This document shows positions 8,675-17,640 of a DNA stretch of 32,000 nucleotides, one piece after another (positions within the stretch are counted from its first letter, which is position 1; each line of letters starts with the position of its first letter). A model generated the notes under the pieces. The model had not been told where the DNA came from and did no database searches. It worked only from the letters and a program-made list of their open reading frames with translations. The DNA is taken from NCBI GenBank assembly GCA_002392285.1, contig DGGR01000041.1, positions 1 through 32,000 on the forward strand, written 5' to 3'. Origin of the DNA: Verrucomicrobia bacterium UBA3869. Its GTDB lineage: Bacteria; Verrucomicrobiota; Verrucomicrobiia; Opitutales; UBA9783. Both the position numbers and the translations under genes were made by a program.

Positions 8675-8815
8675 ATTGAAACGACTCAATAGTTGTATCA
8701 TTTGCAGGAAAGGGTTTCATTAAGCCTTTATCAGTCTAAAGCGGCCTGACGGCTTAATAGCCTATAAACAAAAGCGCCCAAAAGAAAAATCCTTTAGGCG
8801 CTTTTGTTTATATTA
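8675..8815 (+). ncRNA. Candidate ~140-nt small RNA (promoter to terminator, no ORF)
   Basis: The span is bounded by the 8641 promoter and the 8764-8812 terminator. Internal stems are ATTGA/TCAAT (8675-8690) and ATTAAGCC/GGCTTAAT (8719-8726/8751-8758). There is no ATG-initiated ORF. Confidence 0.35.
8764..8812. terminator. Bidirectional intrinsic terminator between the sRNA candidate/SDR side and ald
   Basis: ATAAACAAAAGCGCC (8764-8778) and GGCGCTTTTGTTTAT (8798-8812) form a perfect 15-bp inverted repeat. The GC core is flanked by A-rich sequence on one side and T-rich sequence on the other. Confidence 0.65.
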
Positions 8816-8826
8816 ATTGCTAATGC

Positions 8827-9966
8827 TTATTTCTTAGAACAGGTACAATGACCCCCAAACAAGGTTTCGGGGCAAACGTATTTCATCTTTAAGGAATCAG
8901 CAACTGCTTTATGGGTAATAGAACCTTTATAAACATTCAAGCCGTTCAGCAAGTGCTTATCTTCCTTAAGAGCACGTTCATAACCCAGGTTTGCTAATTT
9001 TTCAACGAATGGGAACGTTGCGTTGTTCAAGGAGATTGTAGAAGTACGAGCAAAAGCTCCAGGAATATTGGCTACGCAATAATGGACAATACCGTTTACT
9101 TCATACACAGGATTATCATGGGTTGTTGCATGGCTGGTTTCGCAGCATCCACCCTGGTCAATAGCAACATCAACGATTACGCTACCGGGTTTCATGGTCT
9201 TCAGCATGCTCTTCATAATCAAGCGTGGAGTCGATAATCCAGGAATTAACGCAGCACCGATAACGATATCAGCGGTTGGGAGGAGCGCGCTAATGTTTTC
9301 AGGAGATGAATAAACAGTTTTGACGCTGGTTTTAAATACATTAGTGATATGTTCCAGCGTTGGTTGATAGGAATCAACAATGGTTACGTCAGCACCCATT
9401 CCGCGTGCGATTAATGCTGCATTTTGTCCAACGCAACCCCCGCCCAAGATAAGGACGTTAGCCGGTAATACACCAGGAACACCGCAAGGCAATAAGCCAC
9501 TACCACCGAATTGTTTCTGTAGGAAATAGCTTCCCATTATGATAGACGAACGTCCGGCAATGACGCTCATAGGTATCAATAAGGGCAATTTGCCGCGTGC
9601 ATCGGTAACGGTTTCGTAAGCGATACAGACAGCCTTGGATTTAACCAACGCATCCGTTAATGGGCGATCGGCAGCCAAGTGTAGGTACGTAAAGACAATC
9701 TGATCTTTGCGAATTTTGGAGTATTCTGCTTTTAACGGTTCTTTGACCTTGACGATCATATCCGCTTGCTTCCAAACTTCATTTGCGCTTTTGCAAATGG
9801 AAGCTCCAGCTTTCTTGTAATCTTGATCTGAAAAGCCTGCTCCAACTCCTGCTGAGGCTTCAACCAAAACAGTATGTTTTTGATGGGTTAAACTGGCTAC
9901 GAAAGCCGGTATTAATCCAACCCGATTTTCTCTTTCTTTAATTTCTTTTACGATACCTATTTTCAT
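8827..9966 (-). CDS. ald: Alanine dehydrogenase
   Basis: The N-terminus MKIGIVKEIKERENRVGL and the NAD-binding ILGGGCVGQNAALIARGMGADVTIVD match the family. The ATG at 9966 is preferred over the 12-codon upstream extension in the ORF track. Confidence 0.92.
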   Translation of the reverse strand: MKIGIVKEIKERENRVGLIPAFVASLTHQKHTVLVEASAGVGAGFSDQDYKKAGASICKSANEVWKQADMIVKVKEPLKAEYSKIRKDQIVFTYLHLAADRPLTDALVKSKAVCIAYETVTDARGKLPLLIPMSVIAGRSSIIMGSYFLQKQFGGSGLLPCGVPGVLPANVLILGGGCVGQNAALIARGMGADVTIVDSYQPTLEHITNVFKTSVKTVYSSPENISALLPTADIVIGAALIPGLSTPRLIMKSMLKTMKPGSVIVDVAIDQGGCCETSHATTHDNPVYEVNGIVHYCVANIPGAFARTSTISLNNATFPFVEKLANLGYERALKEDKHLLNGLNVYKGSITHKAVADSLKMKYVCPETLFGGHCTCSKK

Positions 9967-10119
9967 AAATGTGCATCTTTTCGTTCTAGGGAAATACCGC
10001 AACTCCTATACGTCAACCCTAAACCGTTACATAAAAATAGGTTCGCGATTTAACCGTATTTTATATTACAAAAGGTACGTACCAATGGATCAATAGGTGA
10101 TTTGATCCCATTCAAAACC

Positions 10120-12636
10120 ATGACGCATACTATTGATTCTATCGTTTCCTTCCAACTGGACAATGGTTTGTCGGTTGTAGTTATTCCGACTCAATCGCCT
10201 GTGTTAGCGCTGCAATTATGGGTAAAAACCGGCAGTATTCATGAAGAAAGTTATTTGGGGGCAGGCCTATCGCACTTTGTAGAACACATGGTGTTTAAAG
10301 GAACGGAAGACTATACCTATCAAGAACTATTTAAAACCGTACAAAATGCAGGCGCTAAGCTCAACGCCTATACAACCTTTGACCATACCGTTTATACCTT
10401 TGACGGTACCGCTGCTGCATTTACAACCGGTTTGGCTATTCTCAATAATTTGGGCTTTAAACCCACCTTTCCGGAGGAAGAATGGGCTAAAGAACGGGAT
10501 GTGATTTTGCGGGAAATTGCGCTGTATGCCGATGACCCTGATGACCGCCTGGATACGTTAGTATTATCCACTGCTTATCGCGTTCATCCTTATCGCTATC
10601 CAGTGATTGGCTATCAAAAGCTTTTTGAACAACTGACCCTGGATCATTTGAAACAGTACTGGCAAAAGCGGTATGGGATTAACAATGCGGTTTTGGTAGT
10701 TGCCAGCAATCTGCCGGAAGAGCAAATCCGGACGCAGGTAACCTCTGTTTTTGGCACGCATCATCAACGTTACATGGCGCCTTTATGGATTCCAGACGAA
10801 CCCTTGCAATTGATCGAACGTTCTCAACGGTTAACGGGGAATTATCAATTAACGCGCGGCATTCTTGCGTTTAAAATCCCGGGATTGGGACATCCTGATT
10901 TAGTCCCGTTGCAGGTTATTGGAACCGTATTAGGCAGCGGAGAAAGCTCCATTTTATACCAAAAACTACGCAAAGAGCTACGGTGCGTATACCAAGTAGA
11001 CACTTCGGTTTGCGCTGAATTATACCAAGGACTTTTGATCATCAAATATACCTGTGATGCTGACAAACGCGCATTGGTTGAGCAACAGTTGCAGGAACAT
11101 TTGGTTCAATGGGCCCTAGATGCCCTGGACCAAAGAGCCATTGATAAGACCTATCGGCAGGCTTTGATTACAGAAATAGACACCAACCGCAGCGCATCCG
11201 AATTGGCTCAGCATATCGGTTGGGTTAAAATCAATTTTGACGATTTTAGCTATCCGCAGCATTATCTAGAGCGACTCAAAATCTTAACGATTGAAGCGGT
11301 ACAAACGGTCATCCATCAGTATTTAATCCCATCTCAGCGTGTCCAAGTATCCTTAGAACCAATCCATCAAAACACCCCATCCGCAACGGTTAATCCAGCC
11401 ACTGCTCCTCAGCAAAAATTGGCCACCTTTGAACTGCAATCCGTACGCTTGGTCTATCAACGCTGTAAGCATTTACCCAAAACCCACATCGTAGCATTAT
11501 TCCCGACAGGAGCTTTGATGGAAACGCCCCAAGAGCGCGGTATTTCGCACCTATTTGCAACCTTGTTAACCAAAGACACCCGTCGACAGTCAGCCTTGGA
11601 TATTGCCAATCAAATCGATGCCATCGGCGGACGATGGCAGGGGTTTGTGGGCAATGATTACCTCGGGTTATCCATTGAAACTTTAGCTGAAAACACCACC
11701 TTGGCCATTCAATTGCTACAGGAAGCATTGACCCAGTACAACCTTGTTCCGCAAACCTTTAAGATGGAAAAACAGGCGCAAATTGCCGCCCTAAACGACC
11801 TACAGGATGACATTACTTATGTCGGCCTTCAAGGGCTCAGACAGCAGTTTTTTCAAAGCCATCCTTATGCAGTGTCCCCGAACGGAACTCAGAAAACGCT
11901 AGCCAGTATTACTTTGGAGGATTGTCAGCATTTTGGGAACCGCCTAATCCAAGCCAATAACTGCGTTTTATCGATTGTTTCGTCATTACCTAAACAATTC
12001 TTTGTGGATGCCTTAGAACCTCTATGCAATACCTTACCAACGGCTTCCAGTTCCAATCGCATTCTGAACGATCAGCCGTTTACACCGAAACCAACAGAAC
12101 GCGTTCCGGTCCATTTTCAACAAGCGATGGTGCTCCTAGGGTACCCCATTGCTGGCTATACCCATCCGGATTTTTTAATAGGAGCCTTACTGGAAACTTT
12201 GCTCAATGAAATCTCAAGCGTTTTGGAGGAACCGATACGCGAAATCCATGGCTTAGCGTACACTGTTGGAGCCACCCGTATTCTAGGCAGCCAACTCGGC
12301 CTGTTGGGTGTTTTAGCCAATACTAAAACCGAGCAGGTGGATAAAGTACATCAAGAGATGATTCAATGCATGAATACCCTCTTGACGCGCAACTTAACCC
12401 CTGAAACCTTTACCGCTTGTTGTAATTGCCTAAAAACCAACCGGCAAATTGGTTTACAAAGCATAGGCTATCGCGCCTTTACCGCCGCCCACCATTGCTT
12501 GTTAAAACTCCCCATGAAGGATTATCTATCGTATGATACCCGCGTTGATTCAATCACCCTTGACGATTTTATCGATCGATGCCATGATTTTATTAAAAAG
12601 CCTATTGTACGTATCTTAACCCATCATGATCAATAA
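10120..12636 (+). CDS. M16 (pitrilysin-family) zinc peptidase, double-length, no obvious signal peptide
   Basis: The inverted zincin motif HFVEH sits in GLSHFVEHMVFKG. The second half has a degenerate site (HLFAT). The alternative TTG start at 10102 follows an AGGTGA with only 1-nt spacing. The 3' end overlaps the next gene by 11 nt. Confidence 0.88.
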   Translation: MTHTIDSIVSFQLDNGLSVVVIPTQSPVLALQLWVKTGSIHEESYLGAGLSHFVEHMVFKGTEDYTYQELFKTVQNAGAKLNAYTTFDHTVYTFDGTAAAFTTGLAILNNLGFKPTFPEEEWAKERDVILREIALYADDPDDRLDTLVLSTAYRVHPYRYPVIGYQKLFEQLTLDHLKQYWQKRYGINNAVLVVASNLPEEQIRTQVTSVFGTHHQRYMAPLWIPDEPLQLIERSQRLTGNYQLTRGILAFKIPGLGHPDLVPLQVIGTVLGSGESSILYQKLRKELRCVYQVDTSVCAELYQGLLIIKYTCDADKRALVEQQLQEHLVQWALDALDQRAIDKTYRQALITEIDTNRSASELAQHIGWVKINFDDFSYPQHYLERLKILTIEAVQTVIHQYLIPSQRVQVSLEPIHQNTPSATVNPATAPQQKLATFELQSVRLVYQRCKHLPKTHIVALFPTGALMETPQERGISHLFATLLTKDTRRQSALDIANQIDAIGGRWQGFVGNDYLGLSIETLAENTTLAIQLLQEALTQYNLVPQTFKMEKQAQIAALNDLQDDITYVGLQGLRQQFFQSHPYAVSPNGTQKTLASITLEDCQHFGNRLIQANNCVLSIVSSLPKQFFVDALEPLCNTLPTASSSNRILNDQPFTPKPTERVPVHFQQAMVLLGYPIAGYTHPDFLIGALLETLLNEISSVLEEPIREIHGLAYTVGATRILGSQLGLLGVLANTKTEQVDKVHQEMIQCMNTLLTRNLTPETFTACCNCLKTNRQIGLQSIGYRAFTAAHHCLLKLPMKDYLSYDTRVDSITLDDFIDRCHDFIKKPIVRILTHHDQ

Positions 12637-15526
12637 ATCTTTTCTGTTTGTTTTTGCTGAATGCTTATGTCTACCCTTGATGGCTCAAACGGTTGAGTCC
12701 ATCAACCAACCAGAGGTTCAGAATCGCCCAGAAGTTCATGAAAAAGTATCGGTAGAGCCAATAACCCAACAGCCAGCCTTATCATCCACAAGTTCCTGGG
12801 AACAGCCCCTTGTTGCAGATGCCGCCATTCGTTCCGGAACCTTAGCCAACGGAATGCATTATTATTTGTATCCCATGCAGCATCCATCCAATTCCATCAG
12901 CCTCCAGTTGCTGGTGCAGGCTGGTGCGCTTATGGAAACAGATGCTGAAGATGGATTGGCCCATTTCATTGAACATATGGTGTTTTGCGGAAGCCGTCAT
13001 TTTGAACCCAAAACCCTCGTACATTTCTTTCAGAAAAACGGAATGAATCTAGGCCCTGATAGCAATGCATACACGGGATGGTTCCATACTTGCTATCTTT
13101 TGGATTTGCCCAACAACGAACCGGCTAATTTACAAAAGGCATTGACCGTATTGAACGACTTCATGTTTGAAGCGTTATTCCCTAAAACCGAAATTGAACG
13201 CGAACGGGAGGTTATTTTATCGGAAAAACGCTTACGGGATTCCATAGCCTATCGCGCATGGGTATCGCTTTCAAAGCAGTTTTACCCCGAGCATTCATTA
13301 GGCAAACGCTTTGTCATTGGTACCGAAAAGGTTATTCAATCGGTTACCGCTGAAAACTTTTTTAAATTTTACAAACAATGGTACACTCCCAACCGAATGG
13401 CGCTGATTATCGCTGGAAATATCGATGCTGACAAGACCTTAACCTTGCTGCAAGATACCTTTAAGGCAAGCCGTCCGGAAACGCCTACGCCTAATTACGG
13501 AACCATCAAACCATTTAAGAAAACACCCACGGTATCGGTATATAGCAATAAAGAATTACCCGAAACTACTGTGTTATTAGCGGCTCGACGTCCGTTGGCT
13601 AATCCGCACCCATCCACATTGAGCGATTTTAAATATTTCGTCACCTGGTCCTTGATGAGCATTATGCTCAACCAACGCTTAAATGAATTGGTCAACACAA
13701 CCGACCTGATTCGCGCAAACTTTGAGTACGAAAACATGGCAGGATGCATCGAAAACACAAGCTTTTCCTTCTCATGCGCACACGACCATCTTTTTAAGAT
13801 CGTGCCTTTGCTCGAACAAACCTACCGTTCTGTTCATGTGTTTGGCTTTTCCGAACAAGAATTAGCTGCCGCCAAGGCTATCTTGGGGAATCGCTTAAAA
13901 ACCGCCTGCATTTCTGAAAAGAACGAAACCCCTAAACAGCGCGCGGATCGGATGTGCAGGGTTCTAAGCGTTAACCAACCGATTATATCCGCCTCTCAAC
14001 AGCTGACTTATTTTCAACAAATTCAATCGAGTATTACCCCCCAAACCTGTAAGGAATTGTGGGATTCCTTTTGGAAGAATGGCTATTATTTGTTCGCCCA
14101 AGGTTCGTTTGATGAAAGGTTAAACGCTTCCGCCTTAGAAGCTGCGTTTGCCCAATCTCAACAGCAAGCATTACAACAACCGAACCTTTCGCGCCCAACC
14201 GAGTTAAAATCCGTTTTCCCATCAGGTCATCAGGTAAAAATTACTAACTACGTTTATCATCCTGATTTGCGATTGGAAACCTTTACCTTCGATAACAACG
14301 TACGGGTCAATTTACGCCATACGACCTTTGAAAAAGAAAAAATCGATATCCACGTAGCCATGGGTTGTGGATTGATGGAACACAAGCATCATCCCTTACC
14401 TGGATTGAATTACTTCTTAAACGGAACCTTTATTGAAGGCGGTATTCAGCAATACTCTAAAGTGGAATTGGACCGCCTATTTGAAGGGGAACCGGTCTCC
14501 ATTAATTTTTCTGTTAATTCCGATTGCTATGCTCTGTCTGGCCATACCAATCAACGTTATTTATCGCAAGAATTGCAATTGATCGGCGCTTATTTGCTAC
14601 AACCCGGTTATCGCGCTGAGGGAGAAAAGAATTTCCGTAAACACCTACCGGGTTTATATGAAAGCTTTAAGCATGATCCTTTTGGCGTAATGCAAACCCA
14701 AGGCAATGCATTTATAACCAACAACGATATGCGTATCGCTTATCCCACGTTATCCGTAATGCAACAACGCACCACAGAAGAAGCACGTGCCTTGTTAGAC
14801 CCTGTCCTACAAAAACAGTATATGGAGCTTACCATCGTGGGAGATTTCGATCGCAACGTGTTACTGGATCAGCTATTTAAAACCTTCGGTCAATTGCCTG
14901 CGCGCGAAGCTACTAAGCACATCCCCAATGATTACGAAAACACCTTTTGGCCCACCAAGCGTTCGGTTAAAGTACTGACTTTCCAATCAACGGTGGATGA
15001 AAAAGCAATGGCTGTGCTTTTGTTCCCTTGTAAGGGAGATCAAAATCCCGTCTATGCCCGTAAATTAGCCATTATTGCTTCAATTATTAGCCATCGTTTA
15101 TACGATGAAATTCGAGAGGATTTGGGAGATTGCTATACTGCCAATGCATGGTTGATGCAAAACGAGATCTTTAACCGCGGAGCTATTTTTTCCTACTCGA
15201 TCGTCACCCCTCAAAAATTAAGCACGGTAGCTGACCGCATGCTAAAGATTGCTGACGATATTGCGCATCATGGTGCCACGCAAGATGAATTGAATCGAGC
15301 CATTAAACCCATGGTCGGTACCCTTGAAAAAGCACGCGTTACCAACGGCTTTTGGATGAATTGGATAAGCGGTATTCAAGCCAATCCCCATCGTTTAACA
15401 TGGGATTTGGCCAATAGCGCTACCTATTCCCAGGTGACCCTTGAGGAAATCAACGAATATGCCCGGGATTACCTCAACCGCGGGTGGGCCATCTCCCTGC
15501 ATATACAACCTGAAAAACAACCCTAA
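12626..15526 (+). CDS. M16 zinc peptidase, double-length, with N-terminal signal peptide
   Basis: HFIEH sits in GLAHFIEHMVFCG. The N-terminus MINKSFLFVFAECLCLPLMA-QT looks like a cleavable signal. The C-terminal half is inactive. Confidence 0.88.
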   Translation: MINKSFLFVFAECLCLPLMAQTVESINQPEVQNRPEVHEKVSVEPITQQPALSSTSSWEQPLVADAAIRSGTLANGMHYYLYPMQHPSNSISLQLLVQAGALMETDAEDGLAHFIEHMVFCGSRHFEPKTLVHFFQKNGMNLGPDSNAYTGWFHTCYLLDLPNNEPANLQKALTVLNDFMFEALFPKTEIEREREVILSEKRLRDSIAYRAWVSLSKQFYPEHSLGKRFVIGTEKVIQSVTAENFFKFYKQWYTPNRMALIIAGNIDADKTLTLLQDTFKASRPETPTPNYGTIKPFKKTPTVSVYSNKELPETTVLLAARRPLANPHPSTLSDFKYFVTWSLMSIMLNQRLNELVNTTDLIRANFEYENMAGCIENTSFSFSCAHDHLFKIVPLLEQTYRSVHVFGFSEQELAAAKAILGNRLKTACISEKNETPKQRADRMCRVLSVNQPIISASQQLTYFQQIQSSITPQTCKELWDSFWKNGYYLFAQGSFDERLNASALEAAFAQSQQQALQQPNLSRPTELKSVFPSGHQVKITNYVYHPDLRLETFTFDNNVRVNLRHTTFEKEKIDIHVAMGCGLMEHKHHPLPGLNYFLNGTFIEGGIQQYSKVELDRLFEGEPVSINFSVNSDCYALSGHTNQRYLSQELQLIGAYLLQPGYRAEGEKNFRKHLPGLYESFKHDPFGVMQTQGNAFITNNDMRIAYPTLSVMQQRTTEEARALLDPVLQKQYMELTIVGDFDRNVLLDQLFKTFGQLPAREATKHIPNDYENTFWPTKRSVKVLTFQSTVDEKAMAVLLFPCKGDQNPVYARKLAIIASIISHRLYDEIREDLGDCYTANAWLMQNEIFNRGAIFSYSIVTPQKLSTVADRMLKIADDIAHHGATQDELNRAIKPMVGTLEKARVTNGFWMNWISGIQANPHRLTWDLANSATYSQVTLEEINEYARDYLNRGWAISLHIQPEKQP

Positions 15527-15535
15527 AGTTTAATC

Positions 15536-15859
15536 ATGAATTCAATTACCGTACTTACTTCCGAAAATTTTGACACCTTTATTCAACAACCCTTTGCTCT
15601 GGTCGATTTTTTCGCCCCTTGGTGTGGGCCTTGCAAGGCCTTAGCTCCCATTTTAGAGGATATTGCTACAACGCACAACATACCCATTGGGAAAGCATCG
15701 GTTGATGAAGCAGCCAATCAGGATCTAGCAAGTTCCTATCGTATACGGAGTATTCCCACTTTACTCTTCTTCCAAAACGGTAAGGTGGTAGAACAACACG
15801 TTGGGGCGCTTTCCAAACAAGAATTATTGGAAAAAATCAAAACCTATGCCACCCTTTGA
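15536..15859 (+). CDS. trxA: Thioredoxin
   Basis: 107 aa with the WCGPC active site in FFAPWCGPCKAL. Confidence 0.95.
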   Translation: MNSITVLTSENFDTFIQQPFALVDFFAPWCGPCKALAPILEDIATTHNIPIGKASVDEAANQDLASSYRIRSIPTLLFFQNGKVVEQHVGALSKQELLEKIKTYATL

Positions 15860-16460
15860 TTATTTGTCCGATTTAGGACAGCGTTACCCCCAATTGTATC
15901 CTCATACGCATGCTATCCAGGAAGCAGTGCAGTTGATGGTTACAACCTTTCGGCAAGGAGGTAAAATGCTCACGGCAGGTAATGGCGGAAGCGCTGCCGA
16001 CGCAGAACATATTTCCGGAGAATTATTAAAGTCCTTCAAAAACCCCCAACATCCTAAGGATTTACCATCGAATTTGGCGATTCACTTACAATGTGCGTTG
16101 CCCGTTATCCCCTTAGGAAGCCTACAGGCTGCTTATACTGCATTTTCTAACGACTGCGACCCTCAATGGGCTTTTGCGCAGTTGGTCTACGCATTAGGAC
16201 GCAAAGGAGATACCTTGTTAGCCATCAGCACCTCAGGCTGTTCAAAAAACATCTGTTGCGCGGCAGAAGTTGCCCAAGCCAAACACATGACCGTAATAGG
16301 ATTATCGGGCAATACTGGCGGAGATTTAAAAGCGCTCTGTGATGTATGTATTTGCGTTCCCGAAACTGAAACCTACAAAATCCAAGAATTCCACTTAGCT
16401 ATCTATCATACGCTATGCCTTATCATCGAAGAGCGTATGGATTCGATGACAATCGTTTAA
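15846..16460 (+). CDS. gmhA: SIS-domain sedoheptulose-7-phosphate isomerase-like protein (GmhA/DiaA family)
   Basis: Carries [16 protein letters not shown] and STSGCSKN. The ATG at 15846 overlaps the trxA end by 14 nt. The track ORF start at 15801 lies inside trxA. Confidence 0.8.
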   Translation: MPPFDYLSDLGQRYPQLYPHTHAIQEAVQLMVTTFRQGGKMLTAGNGGSAADAEHISGELLKSFKNPQHPKDLPSNLAIHLQCALPVIPLGSLQAAYTAFSNDCDPQWAFAQLVYALGRKGDTLLAISTSGCSKNICCAAEVAQAKHMTVIGLSGNTGGDLKALCDVCICVPETETYKIQEFHLAIYHTLCLIIEERMDSMTIV

Positions 16461-16780
16461 CCCGCACGCGATGCATTTCCTGGATGCGGATTGTTATGAT
16501 GCATCGGAGCAGACGAATGATGTTTGGGTCCAAAGCTACGTTTCGGGGGATTTGAATTCGCTAAGGTTGTTCTCAAACGATAGCAAATACGGGCTTTGGT
16601 TAAATCGTAGGGGCTCATTTCCATCAGCACCCGATCACCAATACCAATTTTAATAAAATTTTTTCTTAATTTTCCGGAAATATGAGCTAACAATTCCTGT
16701 TGATTGTCTAAGCGTACTCTAAAAAGCGTTTTAGGGAGTACTTTAACAATGGTTCCTTCAATTTCAATTAATGTTTCCAT
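16457..16780 (-). CDS. infA: Translation initiation factor IF-1 with a 37-aa C-terminal extension
   Basis: The 70-aa core [24 protein letters not shown]...[34 protein letters not shown] matches the IF-1 S1-like fold. The start at 16780 is supported by the promoter position. The tail is [37 protein letters not shown]. Confidence 0.88.
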   Translation of the reverse strand: METLIEIEGTIVKVLPKTLFRVRLDNQQELLAHISGKLRKNFIKIGIGDRVLMEMSPYDLTKARICYRLRTTLANSNPPKRSFGPKHHSSAPMHHNNPHPGNASRAG

Positions 16781-16792
16781 CAATAATTTCTT

Positions 16793-16820
16793 ACTATACA
16801 TTTTTTACAGAATCGGTCAA
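16793..16820 (-). promoter_or_regulatory. Candidate infA promoter
   Basis: On the minus strand: TTGACC (16820-16815)-N16-TATAGT (16798-16793), 12 nt upstream of the ATG at 16780. The -10 box covers the upstream ATG at 16801 used by the ORF track. Confidence 0.45.
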
Positions 16821-16888
16821 GTGTAAAGGATAGCCCGGTTCATCACTTTAACTTGCTCCATGTCCACAAACTTGCTTTGATTTTTCTT

Positions 16889-17542
16889 ATGGCAAACCAT
16901 AAAAAATGGCTAGGAATCGTTCTGTTGCTCGGCAGCTGCATTTGCTTTTTGTTGCCCAAGAGAACTACATGGGATTGTGCTGGATACACCTTATGCCCGC
17001 GTTATTTTAAAACCACACAAGCAGCTAAGGCTTTCGTACAAAGCGCCGATTTTAACGAAAACAAACAGTACCGGTATTATTGGTCTTGGACGCTGGTTTT
17101 TTCGGACAACCAGGGGAATAGGTCGTCCGATTCTGTTGGTTCCCAACCCATTTTATGGGCATTTTTAAGAATGCCGTATTACTATTGGTTCAAAACCAAA
17201 CCTGACCGATGGGTACGCTTGGTTTTAGCGCAACACATACAAGCTCAAATGCCCCAGCGAACGGTACAGATTCAAGGCAATGCAATCCTGGTAGATCATC
17301 AAATGATTGCAGTGTGTATCGCGCAAGAAGAGCGTAATGGAGCTTTTTGTGATTATGCAATCGAATTAGCACTCAACACCCCTAAAAACGCCCTAGCTGG
17401 CACCTCATTTGGTACTTCGTTAGCTTTAGAAACTCAACAGGTCTATAACAGCGAAGCATTCTTAAAAGCCTTTTGGGTTGCTTTTCTGAAAAACCGTGAA
17501 CCAAGATTGTTCGATTGTAAAGCTCCTTTGCCGGAGTGGTAG
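16889..17542 (+). CDS. Hypothetical protein, probable lipoprotein
   Basis: The N-terminus MANHKKWLGIVLLLGSC has a lipobox-like LGSC. I recognise no other domain. TTGCTC-N17-TTTGAT-N7-ATG lies upstream. Confidence 0.55.
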   Translation: MANHKKWLGIVLLLGSCICFLLPKRTTWDCAGYTLCPRYFKTTQAAKAFVQSADFNENKQYRYYWSWTLVFSDNQGNRSSDSVGSQPILWAFLRMPYYYWFKTKPDRWVRLVLAQHIQAQMPQRTVQIQGNAILVDHQMIAVCIAQEERNGAFCDYAIELALNTPKNALAGTSFGTSLALETQQVYNSEAFLKAFWVAFLKNREPRLFDCKAPLPEW

Positions 17543-17605
17543 CCATTCCTTTATTAACAACACAAGATCTTGAGCCAATAGGGTGATAGGATAGCTTGAA
17601 AATAC

Positions 17606-17634
17606 TTGAAGAAAAAAAAGGGTAACTCTATTAT
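17606..17634 (+). promoter_or_regulatory. Candidate bioY promoter with leaderless geometry
   Basis: TTGAAG (17606-17611)-N17-TATTAT (17629-17634), then 6 nt to the ATG at 17641. Confidence 0.4.
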
Positions 17635-17640
17635 TGCGCT

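Noticed and set aside
9967-10002. N-terminal extensions in the ORF track for ald. The same applies to ruvC (24664-24747), thrS (27397-27441), gmhA (15801-15845), the SDR (7691-7711), infA (16781-16801) and acpS (31658-31666).
   Set aside because: Family-typical N-termini begin at internal ATGs. Several extensions run into the upstream gene or across a predicted promoter, and some start at TTG.
5200-15526. The idea that the radical-SAM/SPASM-like enzyme and the two M16 peptidases form a PQQ-like or RiPP maturation cluster.
   Set aside because: The genes are about 4 kb apart on different strands. They are separated by a transporter, an SDR, two terminators and ald. No precursor-peptide ORF was found, and the radical-SAM protein lacks an N-terminal RRE-sized region.
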